The notes under the pieces: generated by a model
The model's database searches: none
What the model was told of the DNA's origin: nothing
The model's input: only the letters and a program-made list of their open reading frames with translations
Assembly: GCA_965228735.1 (NCBI GenBank)
Contig: OZ245838.1
Coordinates: 5,760,001 to 5,824,000 of the forward strand
Reading direction: 5' to 3'
DNA: 64,000 nt
Source: Planctomycetota bacterium
GTDB lineage: Bacteria; Planctomycetota; UBA1135; UBA2386
Made by a program: the position numbers and the translations under genes
Shown here: positions 31,108-41,404 of the stretch, piece after piece
How the letters are laid out: each line of letters begins with the position of its first letter
Numbering within the stretch: position 1 is the stretch's first letter

Positions 31108-32382
31108 CTACTTGCCCGTTTGGGCGACGAGCCACTTGGAGAACGGCTCCTCGAGCTCCTCGATCCGCCGGCCCAGCGCGCGATCGAACAGCGAGCTGCT
31201 GTCGCCGAGGCCGTCCGCGAGCGCCTGCCGCACGTAGTTGCAGAACGCGGAGCGCGTCGTGGGCCGGTTGTTCTTGTCGAACAGCCAGGTCACGAGCATC
31301 GTCGACGTCGCCCAGTGCACCGCGGTCGGCGTGTCGTCCATCAGGTAGTAGCCGCCGTACATCGGCAGGTGCAGCAGCGACGCGAGGCGGAACCCGCGGT
31401 TGACCGCCTGCAGCGCGAGCAGGTCACGGTTCTTCGGTCGCCCGGGCGACGCGAACCCCGCCGGCCCGGTCATGCAGTTCTCCATGAACATGCCGATGCC
31501 GATCTCGAGCCAGGCGCACGTGCGGTCGCGGTCGCTCTGGCGATTGACCTCGCCGATCATCGCGCGGTGCAGCAGGCCCTGCGTCGCGACGAAGAACAGC
31601 TGCTCCGGGCGGGCAGGAGCGCCGCCCTTGTAGTAGGTCCGCGCGACGTCGCCGTGCGGCGGTGGCTCGTAGTAGGCGCGCGGACGGAAGCCCCACTTCT
31701 GGAACGTCTTCGTCGAGTAGCTCATCCGGACGAGCACTGGCCGCAGCGTCTCGTCGAGCTGCAGATCGGCGCCCAACCGGTGGTAGAACTCGGCGCCGAG
31801 ATACTCGAGGTCGAGGAGCGCCGCGACCGTCTGCCGCACGTGGCCGTCGCAGCGCACGCGGAAGCGTTCGCCGGCGAGCTCGAAGTCGTCGTCGGCCACG
31901 GCCTTCTCGATCTTGCCCTGCGGCACCTGGCGCCGACCGATGGGCCAGAGCCAGCCCTTGCCCGACTTCTTGTGGCCGAGGAACTCGTGCGCCTCTCCGT
32001 GATCCGGGTGATCGAGCGCGAGCAGCGTCGCCTGCGCGCGGGCGAGGCCCGGCAGTCCGCGCGACTCGGCCCAGCCGACGAGGAACCACTGCGCGCGCGC
32101 GTTCCCTTTGTGCTGGATCCGTCGTTTGCAGAACTCGCGCACGCGATGCGCCACGAGATCCATGTCGGCGATCGTCGTGCGCTCGACGCGCACGCGCTTG
32201 CCGCCCTGCAGCACGACGATCTCCTTCGGCGCGGTCGCGCAGACGACGCGACCCGTGACGGTCTTGCCGTTCCGTAGGTGGATCTCGTCGCGCAGGTCGT
32301 CCTGCGCGCCGGCGGTGACAGCGAGCAGCGCGGCTGCCCATGCACACAGCCAGCGCCGAGAGCGGCGAAACGCGGGGTCCAT
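31108..32382 (-). CDS. secreted hypothetical protein
   Basis: Signal peptide, DEIHLRNGKTVTGRV, AHEFLGH; WLEIGIGMFME resembles a degenerate gluzincin-type segment lacking HExxH. Confidence 0.6.
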   Translation of the reverse strand: MDPAFRRSRRWLCAWAAALLAVTAGAQDDLRDEIHLRNGKTVTGRVVCATAPKEIVVLQGGKRVRVERTTIADMDLVAHRVREFCKRRIQHKGNARAQWFLVGWAESRGLPGLARAQATLLALDHPDHGEAHEFLGHKKSGKGWLWPIGRRQVPQGKIEKAVADDDFELAGERFRVRCDGHVRQTVAALLDLEYLGAEFYHRLGADLQLDETLRPVLVRMSYSTKTFQKWGFRPRAYYEPPPHGDVARTYYKGGAPARPEQLFFVATQGLLHRAMIGEVNRQSDRDRTCAWLEIGIGMFMENCMTGPAGFASPGRPKNRDLLALQAVNRGFRLASLLHLPMYGGYYLMDDTPTAVHWATSTMLVTWLFDKNNRPTTRSAFCNYVRQALADGLGDSSSLFDRALGRRIEELEEPFSKWLVAQTGK

Positions 32383-32579
32383 GGCAGCGAGTGTAGCGCG
32401 TCGTGGCGATCCGCGGGTGCTCGTCGAGCGGGTCGTCGAAGTGGCGAATCGCGGGCGTTACCCGGTGACCGAGCCGAACTAGAACGGAGATACCTGACGC
32501 GAGGCGTCCGTGCGATTCGTCGCGCGGGCGCCCGCGGCGGGCAAAAGACCTGCCTGGCGTTCGCGGGACGGCAGCTCTG

Positions 32580-34223
32580 CTACGCGCGCGGTGCTGCGAG
32601 GCGGCCGTAGTTGCGCACCGCGAGCGCGAAGCCGACGCCGAAGACGAACAGCGCCCACGCCCAGCCGAGGGCCAGGACGGCGGGCGTCCAGTCGGCCACG
32701 ACCGCGCTGGAGAGCTGCGATCGCCGCGCCCACATCGAAATCGCGATCCAGCCGACGGCGGCGGGGGCGATGCCGAGTTTGAACGCGAACACGAGGACGA
32801 GCGACGCGAAGAACCCGCGGCCGCCCTGCGCGACGTTGCCGCCCTCGTCGGGGCGCACGAGGATCGGCGTCGTGCCGACGAGCGCGAGCACGCCGAGCGC
32901 CGTGGCGAGGCCGCCGAGCGCGATGACGAAGAACAGGCCGAGCGTTCGTGGCGCGGCTTCGAGCGCGTGGCCGCTGACCGCCGCGACGAGCACGAGCGGC
33001 CAGAGCAGCAGCAGGAACACGGCTTCGAGCTTGCCGCGCAGGATCTGCGAGTGCGCTGCCGGCGCCGTGACGTAGAGCGGCCACTGCGTGGCCTCCCATT
33101 GCACGAGGCGTCCCATGTGCGGGTAGAGCACGAGCATCGTCGCGAGGAACCACTGCGCGAGCATCGCACCGAGATGCCGCAGTTCGATCGGCAGGCGGTG
33201 GTCCGCGAGAATGCCGCCGACGAGCACCTGCCGTTCGACGAGCGCGAACACGAGGAAGGCGAAGATGAGGAAGCCGACGAGCGCGCCGGGTTGCTGCAGC
33301 ACCTGCGCGAGTTCTTTCTTCCGGATCGTCGCGGCTACGCTCGCGGGCCACCCGCGGCCGCGGCGACGTTTGCGGGCCGGTTCGGCGAGTCGGTGCGCTT
33401 CGAGCGCGCGTGGGTGCATGCGGGCGCCGAGCCAGAACAGCGCGCTGGCGAAGAGCAGCCACCACAGGCACGTCCGCAGCGCGCCGCCGTCGAGCTGTCC
33501 TTGCGCGGCGGCCCGCAGGAGCCGGGCCCCGGCGTCGACGGTCGCGGGCAGCGACTCCGCGTCGGCGGCGCGTTCGACGAAACGGCCGCCGCCTTCACTG
33601 CCGCCGAAGAGCACGACGAGCAGCCAGAGCGAGAACGCGGCGGAGGCGATCGCGCCGAGGCTCGTAAGGACGAGCCGCAGCAGCCGGCTTGCGAACAACC
33701 GCACGAGCGCGACCTGCACGACGAGCAGCGTCGCCATCAGCGGCGCCGTGCCGGTGACGATCGCGACGGGCAGCAGCGCATAGGCGAGGAGCGGCGCGCG
33801 GCCGTCGAGCAGCAGCGTCACGAGGAACGGGGCCGACAGCGCGGCGGCCCAGAGCGCGGCGAGGAAGCTGCTGCGGACGAAGATCTGCAGCGGTCCGCGC
33901 CACGCCGGCAGCGGCGAGCACTCCCAGAGGTCGAGCTCGGGTGTGTCGAACATCTGCCGCTGCGCGAGCGACAGTCCGAGCCACGTCGCGGTGATCGGGC
34001 ACGGCAGGAGCCCCATACCGATGAGGGCGAGCTGCCAGTCGCGCGGGTCGCGCCGGCGCAGCACGTCGATCAGCTCGGGATGGGCGACGAAGCTGCTCGC
34101 GAGCCAGTAGGACAGCAGCGCGAGCAGACCGAGGCCGATGCCGAGGTGCAGCAGAAGGCGCCGGCCGATGCGATCGCGGGGCAGGTTGCACAGCGCCAGC
34201 AGATCCGCGCGCAGCAGCTTCAT
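32580..34223 (-). CDS. ABC exporter permease (about 14 TM)
   Basis: Polytopic membrane protein with two similar halves; ATG overlaps the ATPase stop. Confidence 0.8.
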   Translation of the reverse strand: MKLLRADLLALCNLPRDRIGRRLLLHLGIGLGLLALLSYWLASSFVAHPELIDVLRRRDPRDWQLALIGMGLLPCPITATWLGLSLAQRQMFDTPELDLWECSPLPAWRGPLQIFVRSSFLAALWAAALSAPFLVTLLLDGRAPLLAYALLPVAIVTGTAPLMATLLVVQVALVRLFASRLLRLVLTSLGAIASAAFSLWLLVVLFGGSEGGGRFVERAADAESLPATVDAGARLLRAAAQGQLDGGALRTCLWWLLFASALFWLGARMHPRALEAHRLAEPARKRRRGRGWPASVAATIRKKELAQVLQQPGALVGFLIFAFLVFALVERQVLVGGILADHRLPIELRHLGAMLAQWFLATMLVLYPHMGRLVQWEATQWPLYVTAPAAHSQILRGKLEAVFLLLLWPLVLVAAVSGHALEAAPRTLGLFFVIALGGLATALGVLALVGTTPILVRPDEGGNVAQGGRGFFASLVLVFAFKLGIAPAAVGWIAISMWARRSQLSSAVVADWTPAVLALGWAWALFVFGVGFALAVRNYGRLAAPRA

Positions 34224-35014
34224 CGCTCGGTCGGGCCGTCGGCAGGTGCGTCGGCGTCGATCACGCGCAGGAACGCGTCCTCGAACGAGCTCGTACCCTG
34301 CTGATCGCACAACTCTGCCGGGGTGCCTTCACAGCGCAGCCGGCCACCGGCGATCACGCCGACGCGGTCGCAGATCTCGGCGGCCACGTCGAGGACGTGC
34401 GTGCTCAGGAGGATGGTCGTGCCGTTCTTGCTCTCGGCGAGCAACAGGTCCTTGAAGCGCCGCGTGCTCAGCGGGTCGAGGCCCGTCGTCGGTTCGTCGA
34501 GCAGCAGCACGCGCGGCGCCGTGGTCAGGACCGCGGCGATGTGGACCTTCTTGCGCATGCCGTGCGAGTAGCCTTTGCAGAGTTCGTCCGCGGCCTCCTC
34601 GAGCGCGAGCAGGTCGAAGAGGCGGTCGCAGCGCTCGTCGCGCGTCTTGCGGTCGACGTTCCAGAAGCTCGCGACGAGCGCCACGTACTGGCGGCCCGTG
34701 AGGTAGTCGTAGAGCGGTGGCGTGTCGGGCACGAGGCCGACGACCTGTTTGCGCTGCCGGGTCTGCTGCGCGCTCGTGCCTGGGATGCCGGCGAGCGCGA
34801 GCTCCCCGACCGTCGGGCGCAGCAGCCCCGCGAGCATGCGGATCGTCGTGGTCTTGCCGGCGCCGTTCTGGCCGAGGAAGCCGTAGAGCTGCCCCTCGGG
34901 GATGCGCAACGTCAGATCCTGCACGGCCCACTTGCTGCCGAAGCGCCGGCCGAGACCGCTGGCCGCGATCATCGGCGCTGGCTCGGGCGTTGGTCCGGCG
35001 GCCGGTTCGCTCAC
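34220..35014 (-). CDS. ABC transporter ATP-binding protein
   Basis: GQNGAGKTT, YSHGMRKK signature, LLDEPTTGLD, STH. Confidence 0.95.
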   Translation of the reverse strand: MSEPAAGPTPEPAPMIAASGLGRRFGSKWAVQDLTLRIPEGQLYGFLGQNGAGKTTTIRMLAGLLRPTVGELALAGIPGTSAQQTRQRKQVVGLVPDTPPLYDYLTGRQYVALVASFWNVDRKTRDERCDRLFDLLALEEAADELCKGYSHGMRKKVHIAAVLTTAPRVLLLDEPTTGLDPLSTRRFKDLLLAESKNGTTILLSTHVLDVAAEICDRVGVIAGGRLRCEGTPAELCDQQGTSSFEDAFLRVIDADAPADGPTER

Positions 35015-35015
35015 G

Positions 35016-35786
35016 TCAGTCCTCGAACACCGCGGTCACGGGCACGTGGTCGCTCGGGCTCTTCTGCTGCCGGATGTCCTTGTGCACGATCACGTCGCGG
35101 CAGCGTTCGCTCGCGGGCGGCGACGTGAAGACGTAGTCGATGCGCAGGCCGTCGTCGACGAACGCAGCACCCGCGCGGTAGTGCCACCAGGTGAAGATGC
35201 CGCCCGCGTCCGTGTGCCGCCGCATCGCATCCTCGAGGCCGAACGCGAGCACGTTCTTCAGCGCGCTGCGCTCCGCGTCCGAACACAGGATCTTGCCGCG
35301 CCACCAGTCGGGGTCGTGCACGTCGCGGTCGTCGGTCGTGATGTTGAAGTCGCCGACGACTACGACCTTCTCCGTAGCCGCGTAGGTCGAGTCGAGGAAC
35401 GCGCGCAGCCGCCGCAGCCAGTCGAGCTTGAACTCGTACTTGTCGGAGCCGACCTCCTGCCCGTTCGGCACGTAGAGGTCGAGGATGCGGTAGCCGTTGA
35501 CCGTCGCGCCGATCACGCGCTTCTCGGCATCGGGCGGGTCGTCGGGAAAGCCCTCGATCACGTCCTCGATCGCGTGGCTCGCGAGGATCGCGACACCGTT
35601 GTAGCCCTTCTGGCCGATGAAGCGGATCTCGTAGCCCTCGTCCTCGAGCGCCTCGCGCGGGAACAGATCGTCCTGCACCTTGGTCTCCTGCAGGCAGAGG
35701 ACGTCGGGCTCGTGGTCGCGGAGAAAGTCCACGACGTGCGTCAGCCGGGCGCGGATGCCGTTGACGTTCCAGGTGCAGATCTTCAT
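35016..35786 (-). CDS. xth: exodeoxyribonuclease III / AP endonuclease
   Basis: MKICTWNVNGIRAR, LCLQETK, YNGVA, YVPNG, GDFN, GLRIDY, PSDHVPV. Confidence 0.96.
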   Translation of the reverse strand: MKICTWNVNGIRARLTHVVDFLRDHEPDVLCLQETKVQDDLFPREALEDEGYEIRFIGQKGYNGVAILASHAIEDVIEGFPDDPPDAEKRVIGATVNGYRILDLYVPNGQEVGSDKYEFKLDWLRRLRAFLDSTYAATEKVVVVGDFNITTDDRDVHDPDWWRGKILCSDAERSALKNVLAFGLEDAMRRHTDAGGIFTWWHYRAGAAFVDDGLRIDYVFTSPPASERCRDVIVHKDIRQQKSPSDHVPVTAVFED

Positions 35787-35896
35787 CGGGGTCGGCATTC
35801 AAGGGTGCGCGGCGGTCGAGGGAAAGGGCGCGCCCCCGCGAATCCCCGGCCTGCCATCTTGCCCGTTGCCGAGCGGCCGCGTCAGATATCCCGATC

Positions 35897-37189
35897 ATGC
35901 GATCGCTGCGACTGTTGCCCGTTCTGTTCTTGTTCTTCGCGGCCTGTGCGACGCCGCGCTTCGTGCCGATGGTGGACGCGCAGAAGGACGCGATCCGCGC
36001 GGTCGCGCCGGAGCTGAAGGACGCCGACGTGATCGTGCTCGGCGAGCATCACAACACGCCGACGATCCACCGCACGCACATGGCGCTGATCGAGGCCGTG
36101 CATGCGGAGCGCCCCGCCGTGGTGATCGCGATGGAGATGTTCGAACGCGACGTGCAGGAGGTGCTCGACCAGTACCTCGCGGGCGAGGTCGAGGAGTCGG
36201 TGTTCCTCGAACGGTCGCGGCCGTGGTCGGAGTATGCGCGCGACTACCGTCCGTTCGTCGAGTTCGCGAAGGAGCACGGCCTGCCGGTCATCGCGGCGAA
36301 CGCGCCGCGGCCGCTCGCGCGCAAGGTCGCGTTCGAGGGCATCGAGAGCGTCGCGGGTTCGAAGGACATCGCGCGCGAGACGACGGCGCCCGAGGACGCG
36401 TACTGGGATGCGTTCGTCGATGCGATGGGGGAGCACGGCGGCATGCTCGGCGAGGACGCGATGGCGCGGTTCTACGCGGCGCAGTGCCTCAAGGACGACA
36501 CGATGGCCGAGTCGATCTGTGATCACCTCGCGGCTGCGCCGGCCGGCGAGCGCCCGGTCGTGTTCTTCATCTGCGGCAAGATGCACAGCGATCACCGGCG
36601 CGGCACCGTGCAGCGGATCGCGCAGCGCATGCCGGAGCTGCAGATCGAGGTGTTCTCCGTTCAGGTTGCCGACAACGTGCTGGCCGGCTCGTTCGACGTG
36701 GCGAGCGGCGTCGCCGACTACGTGATCGTAACGAACGAGAAGCCGCCGGAGGCGAAGACCGGGCGCGGCGACAAGACCGCGAAGCACGACGGCAAGGGCG
36801 AGGCGGAGCACGCCGGCGGCGAGCACGAGGGCCGGGAACACGAGGGCCGGGAGCACGCCGACCCGCACGCCGCGGCGTCGGCGGGTGCGGGCGAGGAGGC
36901 GATGGACACGAGCGGCATGCGGCCGGCCCTCGGCTTCATGCCGGGCTACGGTGCGACGGAAGCCGGCCTGCTCGTCGACAACGTGCGGCCCGATGGTCCC
37001 GCTGCCACGGCCGGAATCGAGGGCGGCGACGTGATCGTCGAGCTCGCGGGTTTCGAGATCGTCGACATCAACGACTACGCCGAGGTCCTCGACGAACTGA
37101 AGATCGGCAGCACCGTCAAGGTGAAGCTCAAGCGCGGCGACGAGACCAAGGAAGTCGACGTCAAGGTCGGCATGCGCCCCGGTCGCTGA
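35897..37189 (+). CDS. ChaN/PhuW-family lipoprotein with a His-rich linker and C-terminal PDZ domain
   Basis: Lipobox FAAC; VIVLGEHHN, AMEMFERDVQ, DYRPFVEFAK, AQCLKDDTMAESI, GKMHSD; PDZ (LGFMP..GLLVDNV...GPAATAGIEGGDVI). Confidence 0.85.
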   Translation: MRSLRLLPVLFLFFAACATPRFVPMVDAQKDAIRAVAPELKDADVIVLGEHHNTPTIHRTHMALIEAVHAERPAVVIAMEMFERDVQEVLDQYLAGEVEESVFLERSRPWSEYARDYRPFVEFAKEHGLPVIAANAPRPLARKVAFEGIESVAGSKDIARETTAPEDAYWDAFVDAMGEHGGMLGEDAMARFYAAQCLKDDTMAESICDHLAAAPAGERPVVFFICGKMHSDHRRGTVQRIAQRMPELQIEVFSVQVADNVLAGSFDVASGVADYVIVTNEKPPEAKTGRGDKTAKHDGKGEAEHAGGEHEGREHEGREHADPHAAASAGAGEEAMDTSGMRPALGFMPGYGATEAGLLVDNVRPDGPAATAGIEGGDVIVELAGFEIVDINDYAEVLDELKIGSTVKVKLKRGDETKEVDVKVGMRPGR

Positions 37190-37223
37190 CCACGGCGCTG
37201 ACCCTGGGGGGTGGATGCCGGAT

Positions 37224-37241
37224 CGAACCGGGTACCGTACG
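37224..37241. repeat. solitary half-copy of the REP-like repeat
   Basis: CGAACCGGGTACCGTACG differs by one base from CGAACCAGGTACCGTACG at 24403-24420; intergenic. Confidence 0.75.
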
Positions 37242-37315
37242 CCGGAAACCGGTGGTCGGCAGGGGGCTGCCCGGATCACGGCTGTCGGTCATACTGCGGG
37301 CGATCTGTCCGCCCG

Positions 37316-39202
37316 ATGCGCCGTTCTCTCCTTCCGCTCGCCGTCTCGCTCGCCCTGGCGTCATTGACCGCGCAGGAGCCGTTGCCGAAGAGCGCGGGGT
37401 TCGGCGCGGTCTACCATGACGTCGAACTCGACGTGGCGACCGGCAACCCGCTGCACCTCGGGGTCGCGGTCGATGCGGCGACGGGGCGGATCTACGTGTC
37501 CGCGACGGGCGCCGGTGGCGCGCCGCCGCACCTGATCTACGAGTTCGACGCGACCGGCGCACCGCTCTCGCAGTTCCAGCAGCCAGCGGTGCACGACGCG
37601 AGCCCGTTCGGCATGCGCGATCTCGCGTTCGACGGCGCGAGTCTCATCGGCGGCAGCGAGGTCGGCATCTCGGTCATCACGCCGACCGGTCAGCTCGGCA
37701 ATCAGGTGCTCGCCGCGAACGGTCCGCAGCCGGTGACGCAGCCGATCACGGGGCCCGTGCTCGCGCAGCTCGCGGTCGTTCGCGCGATCGCGTTCGACCC
37801 CGCGGGGAACGGCGGCAACGGTTCGCTGCTCGTCGCCGACTTCAGCTCGCCGATCTTCGAGATCGATCTCGCCGGGAACGTGCTCGCGACGTTCGCCAAC
37901 CAGGGTTGGTCGGCCTACGGCCTGACGCTCGACCCGACGACCGGCAACGTCTGGGTCTTCGCCGGGCCCGGCGGGCAGATCGAGGAGCTCGACCGCGCGA
38001 CGATGACGCCGACCGGGCGACGCCTCGCGCCCGTGCTCGATGGCGCGGCGACGAGTCCCGGTGGCCTCGCGCTCGCGAGTCCGGTCGCTGGTCATCACGA
38101 GCCGTGGCCGAACGAGGCCGCGTTCGTGCACGTCGTCCAGGGCGCGACGGACCACCTCGGCGTGCAACGCGTGCACCTGTGGCCCGGCGTCCCCGGCTGG
38201 GACGAGCTGCAACTCCGCGTCGGCAGCAACTCCGGTCCGCGCACCGATCGCAGGGCTACGTTCTGGGTCGGTGACGTGCTCGACTTCGAACCGTTCGACC
38301 CGACGGGGCTGCGGAACGGACAGCCCGTCTGGATCGTGTTCAACGTCTACAACGACGCCAACCGCAACGGCACGACCGACCTGAGCTTCCTGCTCCCCGG
38401 CACGGGCATCCTCGCCGAGCACCGCTCGATCAACGCGGTGAGCGTGCCGGCGTCCGGCACCGCGCTCATCACGACGGGCGCCGTCGGCCAGGTGTCGTCG
38501 TGGCAGCTGCCGCCGGCGATCCCGCTCGTCGATCGCGACCTGTTCCGCATGCAGGCGCTCTACATCGAGCCGCAGAGCCCGCAGGCGCAGATCGCGTCGA
38601 CCAACGAGGCGCTCTGGCAGGCGGTCGCCGGGGAGCGCGGGATCGTCGTCGAAGCCAACGGGCCGACGAGCTTCAACGGCGGCGCGGCCCCGCCGTTCTG
38701 GCGCGTGCGGAGCGACCTGACGCACGGCCACGGCGCGATCACCGCGGTCGAGATCTCGACGATCGGCGCCGTGCCGCCCGCCGCACTGCAGCAGTTCGAC
38801 GTCGATCAGAACAGCATGACGGACCGCTTCGACGGCGGGAACTCGACGCAGCCGGGGTTCCGCGGCACCTACCGGAACGGCAGCGACGTGACCTGCGGGC
38901 TCGACTACCAGGCGGCCGCGGTCTACGTGGCCCCGTTCCACGGTGCCGGCGAGAGCGCGGGCGTGCGGTTCACCTCGCCGCCGGATCCCGCCGGCTACGT
39001 CGCGGACCTGAACTTCTCGTTCGCCGCCTTCGGCTCCGGCAAGACGTTCGAGTTCGATTGCGACACCGACGGCGGTGCGGCGAGCGGCGCCGATCACGCC
39101 GGCATGGTGATCCGCGTCACGACGGTCAACTCGGGGATTCTGACGGGGATGCTGGCGGTCGATCCGACGGTCCCGGGCCGCGCCGTCGTCTGGTTCCCGT
39201 AG
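37316..39202 (+). CDS. secreted hypothetical protein (beta-propeller-like N-terminal half)
   Basis: Signal peptide; repeated blade-like motifs (GVAVDAATGRIYV, AIAFDP, GLTLDPTTGNVWV). Confidence 0.65.
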   Translation: MRRSLLPLAVSLALASLTAQEPLPKSAGFGAVYHDVELDVATGNPLHLGVAVDAATGRIYVSATGAGGAPPHLIYEFDATGAPLSQFQQPAVHDASPFGMRDLAFDGASLIGGSEVGISVITPTGQLGNQVLAANGPQPVTQPITGPVLAQLAVVRAIAFDPAGNGGNGSLLVADFSSPIFEIDLAGNVLATFANQGWSAYGLTLDPTTGNVWVFAGPGGQIEELDRATMTPTGRRLAPVLDGAATSPGGLALASPVAGHHEPWPNEAAFVHVVQGATDHLGVQRVHLWPGVPGWDELQLRVGSNSGPRTDRRATFWVGDVLDFEPFDPTGLRNGQPVWIVFNVYNDANRNGTTDLSFLLPGTGILAEHRSINAVSVPASGTALITTGAVGQVSSWQLPPAIPLVDRDLFRMQALYIEPQSPQAQIASTNEALWQAVAGERGIVVEANGPTSFNGGAAPPFWRVRSDLTHGHGAITAVEISTIGAVPPAALQQFDVDQNSMTDRFDGGNSTQPGFRGTYRNGSDVTCGLDYQAAAVYVAPFHGAGESAGVRFTSPPDPAGYVADLNFSFAAFGSGKTFEFDCDTDGGAASGADHAGMVIRVTTVNSGILTGMLAVDPTVPGRAVVWFP

Positions 39203-39344
39203 CGCCCGCCGCGCCCGTTTCCCGGCGCCCGCCGCGCCTGATTCCGCTCCGCCGCGCGGGTTACGACGGGGACCGGTTCGAGCGTGGCGTTCGCGGGGGT
39301 GAGTCCCTAACATGTTCGCCCCTTTTCGACGGACGAACTGCGCA

Positions 39345-40412
39345 GTGACCGATTCCCTCCAGATCACGGACATCCCCGCCCCCGGCTACGAGCGCGTCGT
39401 TCGTGGCGTCGACCCGGAGAGCGGGTTGCATGCGATCATCTCGGTGCACGATACGACGCTGGGCCCGGCCCTCGGCGGCCTGCGGATGTGGCCCTACGCC
39501 AGTGAGGAAGAGGCGCTGTTCGACGTACAGCGGCTGAGCAAGGGGATGACCTACAAGTCGGCCGTGGCCCAGACCGGGCTCGGCGGCGGCAAGGCGGTGA
39601 TCATCGGCGACCCGAAGACGACCAAGTCCGAGGCCCTGTATCTGGCCATGGGGCGGCTCGTCGATTCCCTGAACGGGCAGTACATCACGGCCGAGGACGT
39701 GAACACCTCGCTCGCCGACTGCGCGATCGTCCGGCGGGCGACCAAGTACGTGACCGGCCTCGCGCCCGAGGACGGCGGCAGCGGTAACCCCTCGCCCTAC
39801 ACGGCCTACGGTGTGTTCCTCGGCATCAAGGCGGCGCTCGGCCACGTGTTCGGCGACGACTCGTGCAGCGGCCGGACCGTCGTGATCCAGGGGCTCGGGG
39901 CGGTCGGCAGCGCGCTCGCCCGCCGGCTCGCCGAGGACGGCGCCAAGGTCTACGGCGCCGACCGCAACGAGGAGAAGGTCCAGGGGCTCGCCGACGAGAT
40001 CGGCCTGGTTCCGCTCGCGGACGAGCAGGTCATGACGACGGAGTGCGACGTGTTCGCCCCGTGCGCGCTCGGCGCGATCCTCAACGACGAGACCATCCCG
40101 GGCCTCAAGACCCCGATCATCGCCGGTGCTGCGAACAACGTCCTGCTCGAGAGCAAGCACGGTGCGATGCTGCGCGAGCGCGAGATCCTCTACGCCCCGG
40201 ACTACGTGATCAACGCCGGCGGCATCATCAACGTGTCCGTCGAGTTCCACGACGGCGGCTACGACGAGCAGGTCGCGCTGCAGAAGATCGAGCGCATCCC
40301 GGTCGCGCTCAAGCAGCTCTGGACGATCGCCAACGAAGAGAACATCCCGACGAGCGCCGCCGCCGACCGCCTGGCCGAGCGCATCCTCGCGGACGCCCGC
40401 CAGCAGGCGTGA
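39345..40412 (+). CDS. Leu/Val/Phe dehydrogenase (Glu/Leu/Phe/Val family)
   Basis: AIISVHDTTLGPALGGLRM, LSKGMTYK, GGGKAVI, YITAEDV, QGLGAVG, APDYVINAGG. GTG start; alternative ATG at 39312. Confidence 0.93.
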   Translation: MTDSLQITDIPAPGYERVVRGVDPESGLHAIISVHDTTLGPALGGLRMWPYASEEEALFDVQRLSKGMTYKSAVAQTGLGGGKAVIIGDPKTTKSEALYLAMGRLVDSLNGQYITAEDVNTSLADCAIVRRATKYVTGLAPEDGGSGNPSPYTAYGVFLGIKAALGHVFGDDSCSGRTVVIQGLGAVGSALARRLAEDGAKVYGADRNEEKVQGLADEIGLVPLADEQVMTTECDVFAPCALGAILNDETIPGLKTPIIAGAANNVLLESKHGAMLREREILYAPDYVINAGGIINVSVEFHDGGYDEQVALQKIERIPVALKQLWTIANEENIPTSAAADRLAERILADARQQA

Positions 40413-40512
40413 GCCTTGCGTACGGTACCTGGTTCATCCTGCCGGCGAGCGCGCGGCGGAGCCGCGCGCTCGCCGGCAGGATGAACCAGGTACCGTACGC
40501 AAGGCTCACGCC
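40406..40512. repeat. perfect 52-bp inverted repeat (3-nt loop) of the REP-like family
   Basis: 40406-40457 is the exact reverse complement of 40461-40512; loop GGA; contains the core CGTACGGTACCTGGTTC. Confidence 0.97.
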
Positions 40513-41404
40513 GGCGGATACGTCATCACTTCCGCGCCGTCGTCGTGGATGAAGATCGTGTGCTCGAACTGCGCGATGCGCACGCCGGGCTTCTCGCACA
40601 GCGGCGGATAGTCGTCGATCAGCTTCTTTCTGTGCAGCAGCTTCAGCGCTGACTCGCACGCGTCGATCGAACCGAGCCAGCGCACGAGATCACGCCGCGC
40701 GAACGGCAGCCGCATCGTCTGCTCCATCGCTTCCTTGACGTCCTTCGGCAGGTTGTCGCGCGGCTTGACCGGGCGCTTGAGCATGAAGACCTCGCTCTTG
40801 CCGTCGATGTCGATCATGCCCTTGCCGTCGCTCGCGAACGGTTCGCACGCGATCGTCATGTTGGACCGCAGCTTGCCCGCCTTGGGGTCGGCGTAGTTGG
40901 GGATCTGCGGCGCGCAGTGGATCGTGTAGCGCGCGACGCCATGGCCGCAGAGGTTCCGCACGGGCTGGAAGCCGAGGTTCTCGATCGTGTCCTCGACCTC
41001 GCGGCCGATCTCCGTGAGCGATACGCCCGGGCCCATCCGGCTGATCGCGTTCTCGAGTGCCATCTTGCTCGCGGTCGCGAGCAGCGAGTCCTCGCCGTCG
41101 CGCAGATCGACCGTCGTCGCGTTGTCGGTCACGTAGCCGTCGACCTGCGTGCCGCAGTCGAGCTTGACGATGTCGCCCTCCTCGACCGTCGTCGGGTCGT
41201 TCGGCGGCGAGCAGTAGTGCGCCGCGATGTGGTTGCGCGACACCTGGGCGGGGAACGCCGGCGAGCCGCCCATCTCGCGGATCGTGGCCTCGACCGTGCG
41301 CTGGATCTCCTCGATCCGCGCGCCGGGGACGATCATCTTGCGGCCCTTCGCGAGCGCCGTGGACGAGATCCGGCCGGACTCCCGCAGCTTGTCGAGATCG
41401 ATCT

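Noticed and set aside
32383..32579. Riboswitch in the ~200-bp intergenic gap
   Set aside because: No recognisable conserved riboswitch motifs.
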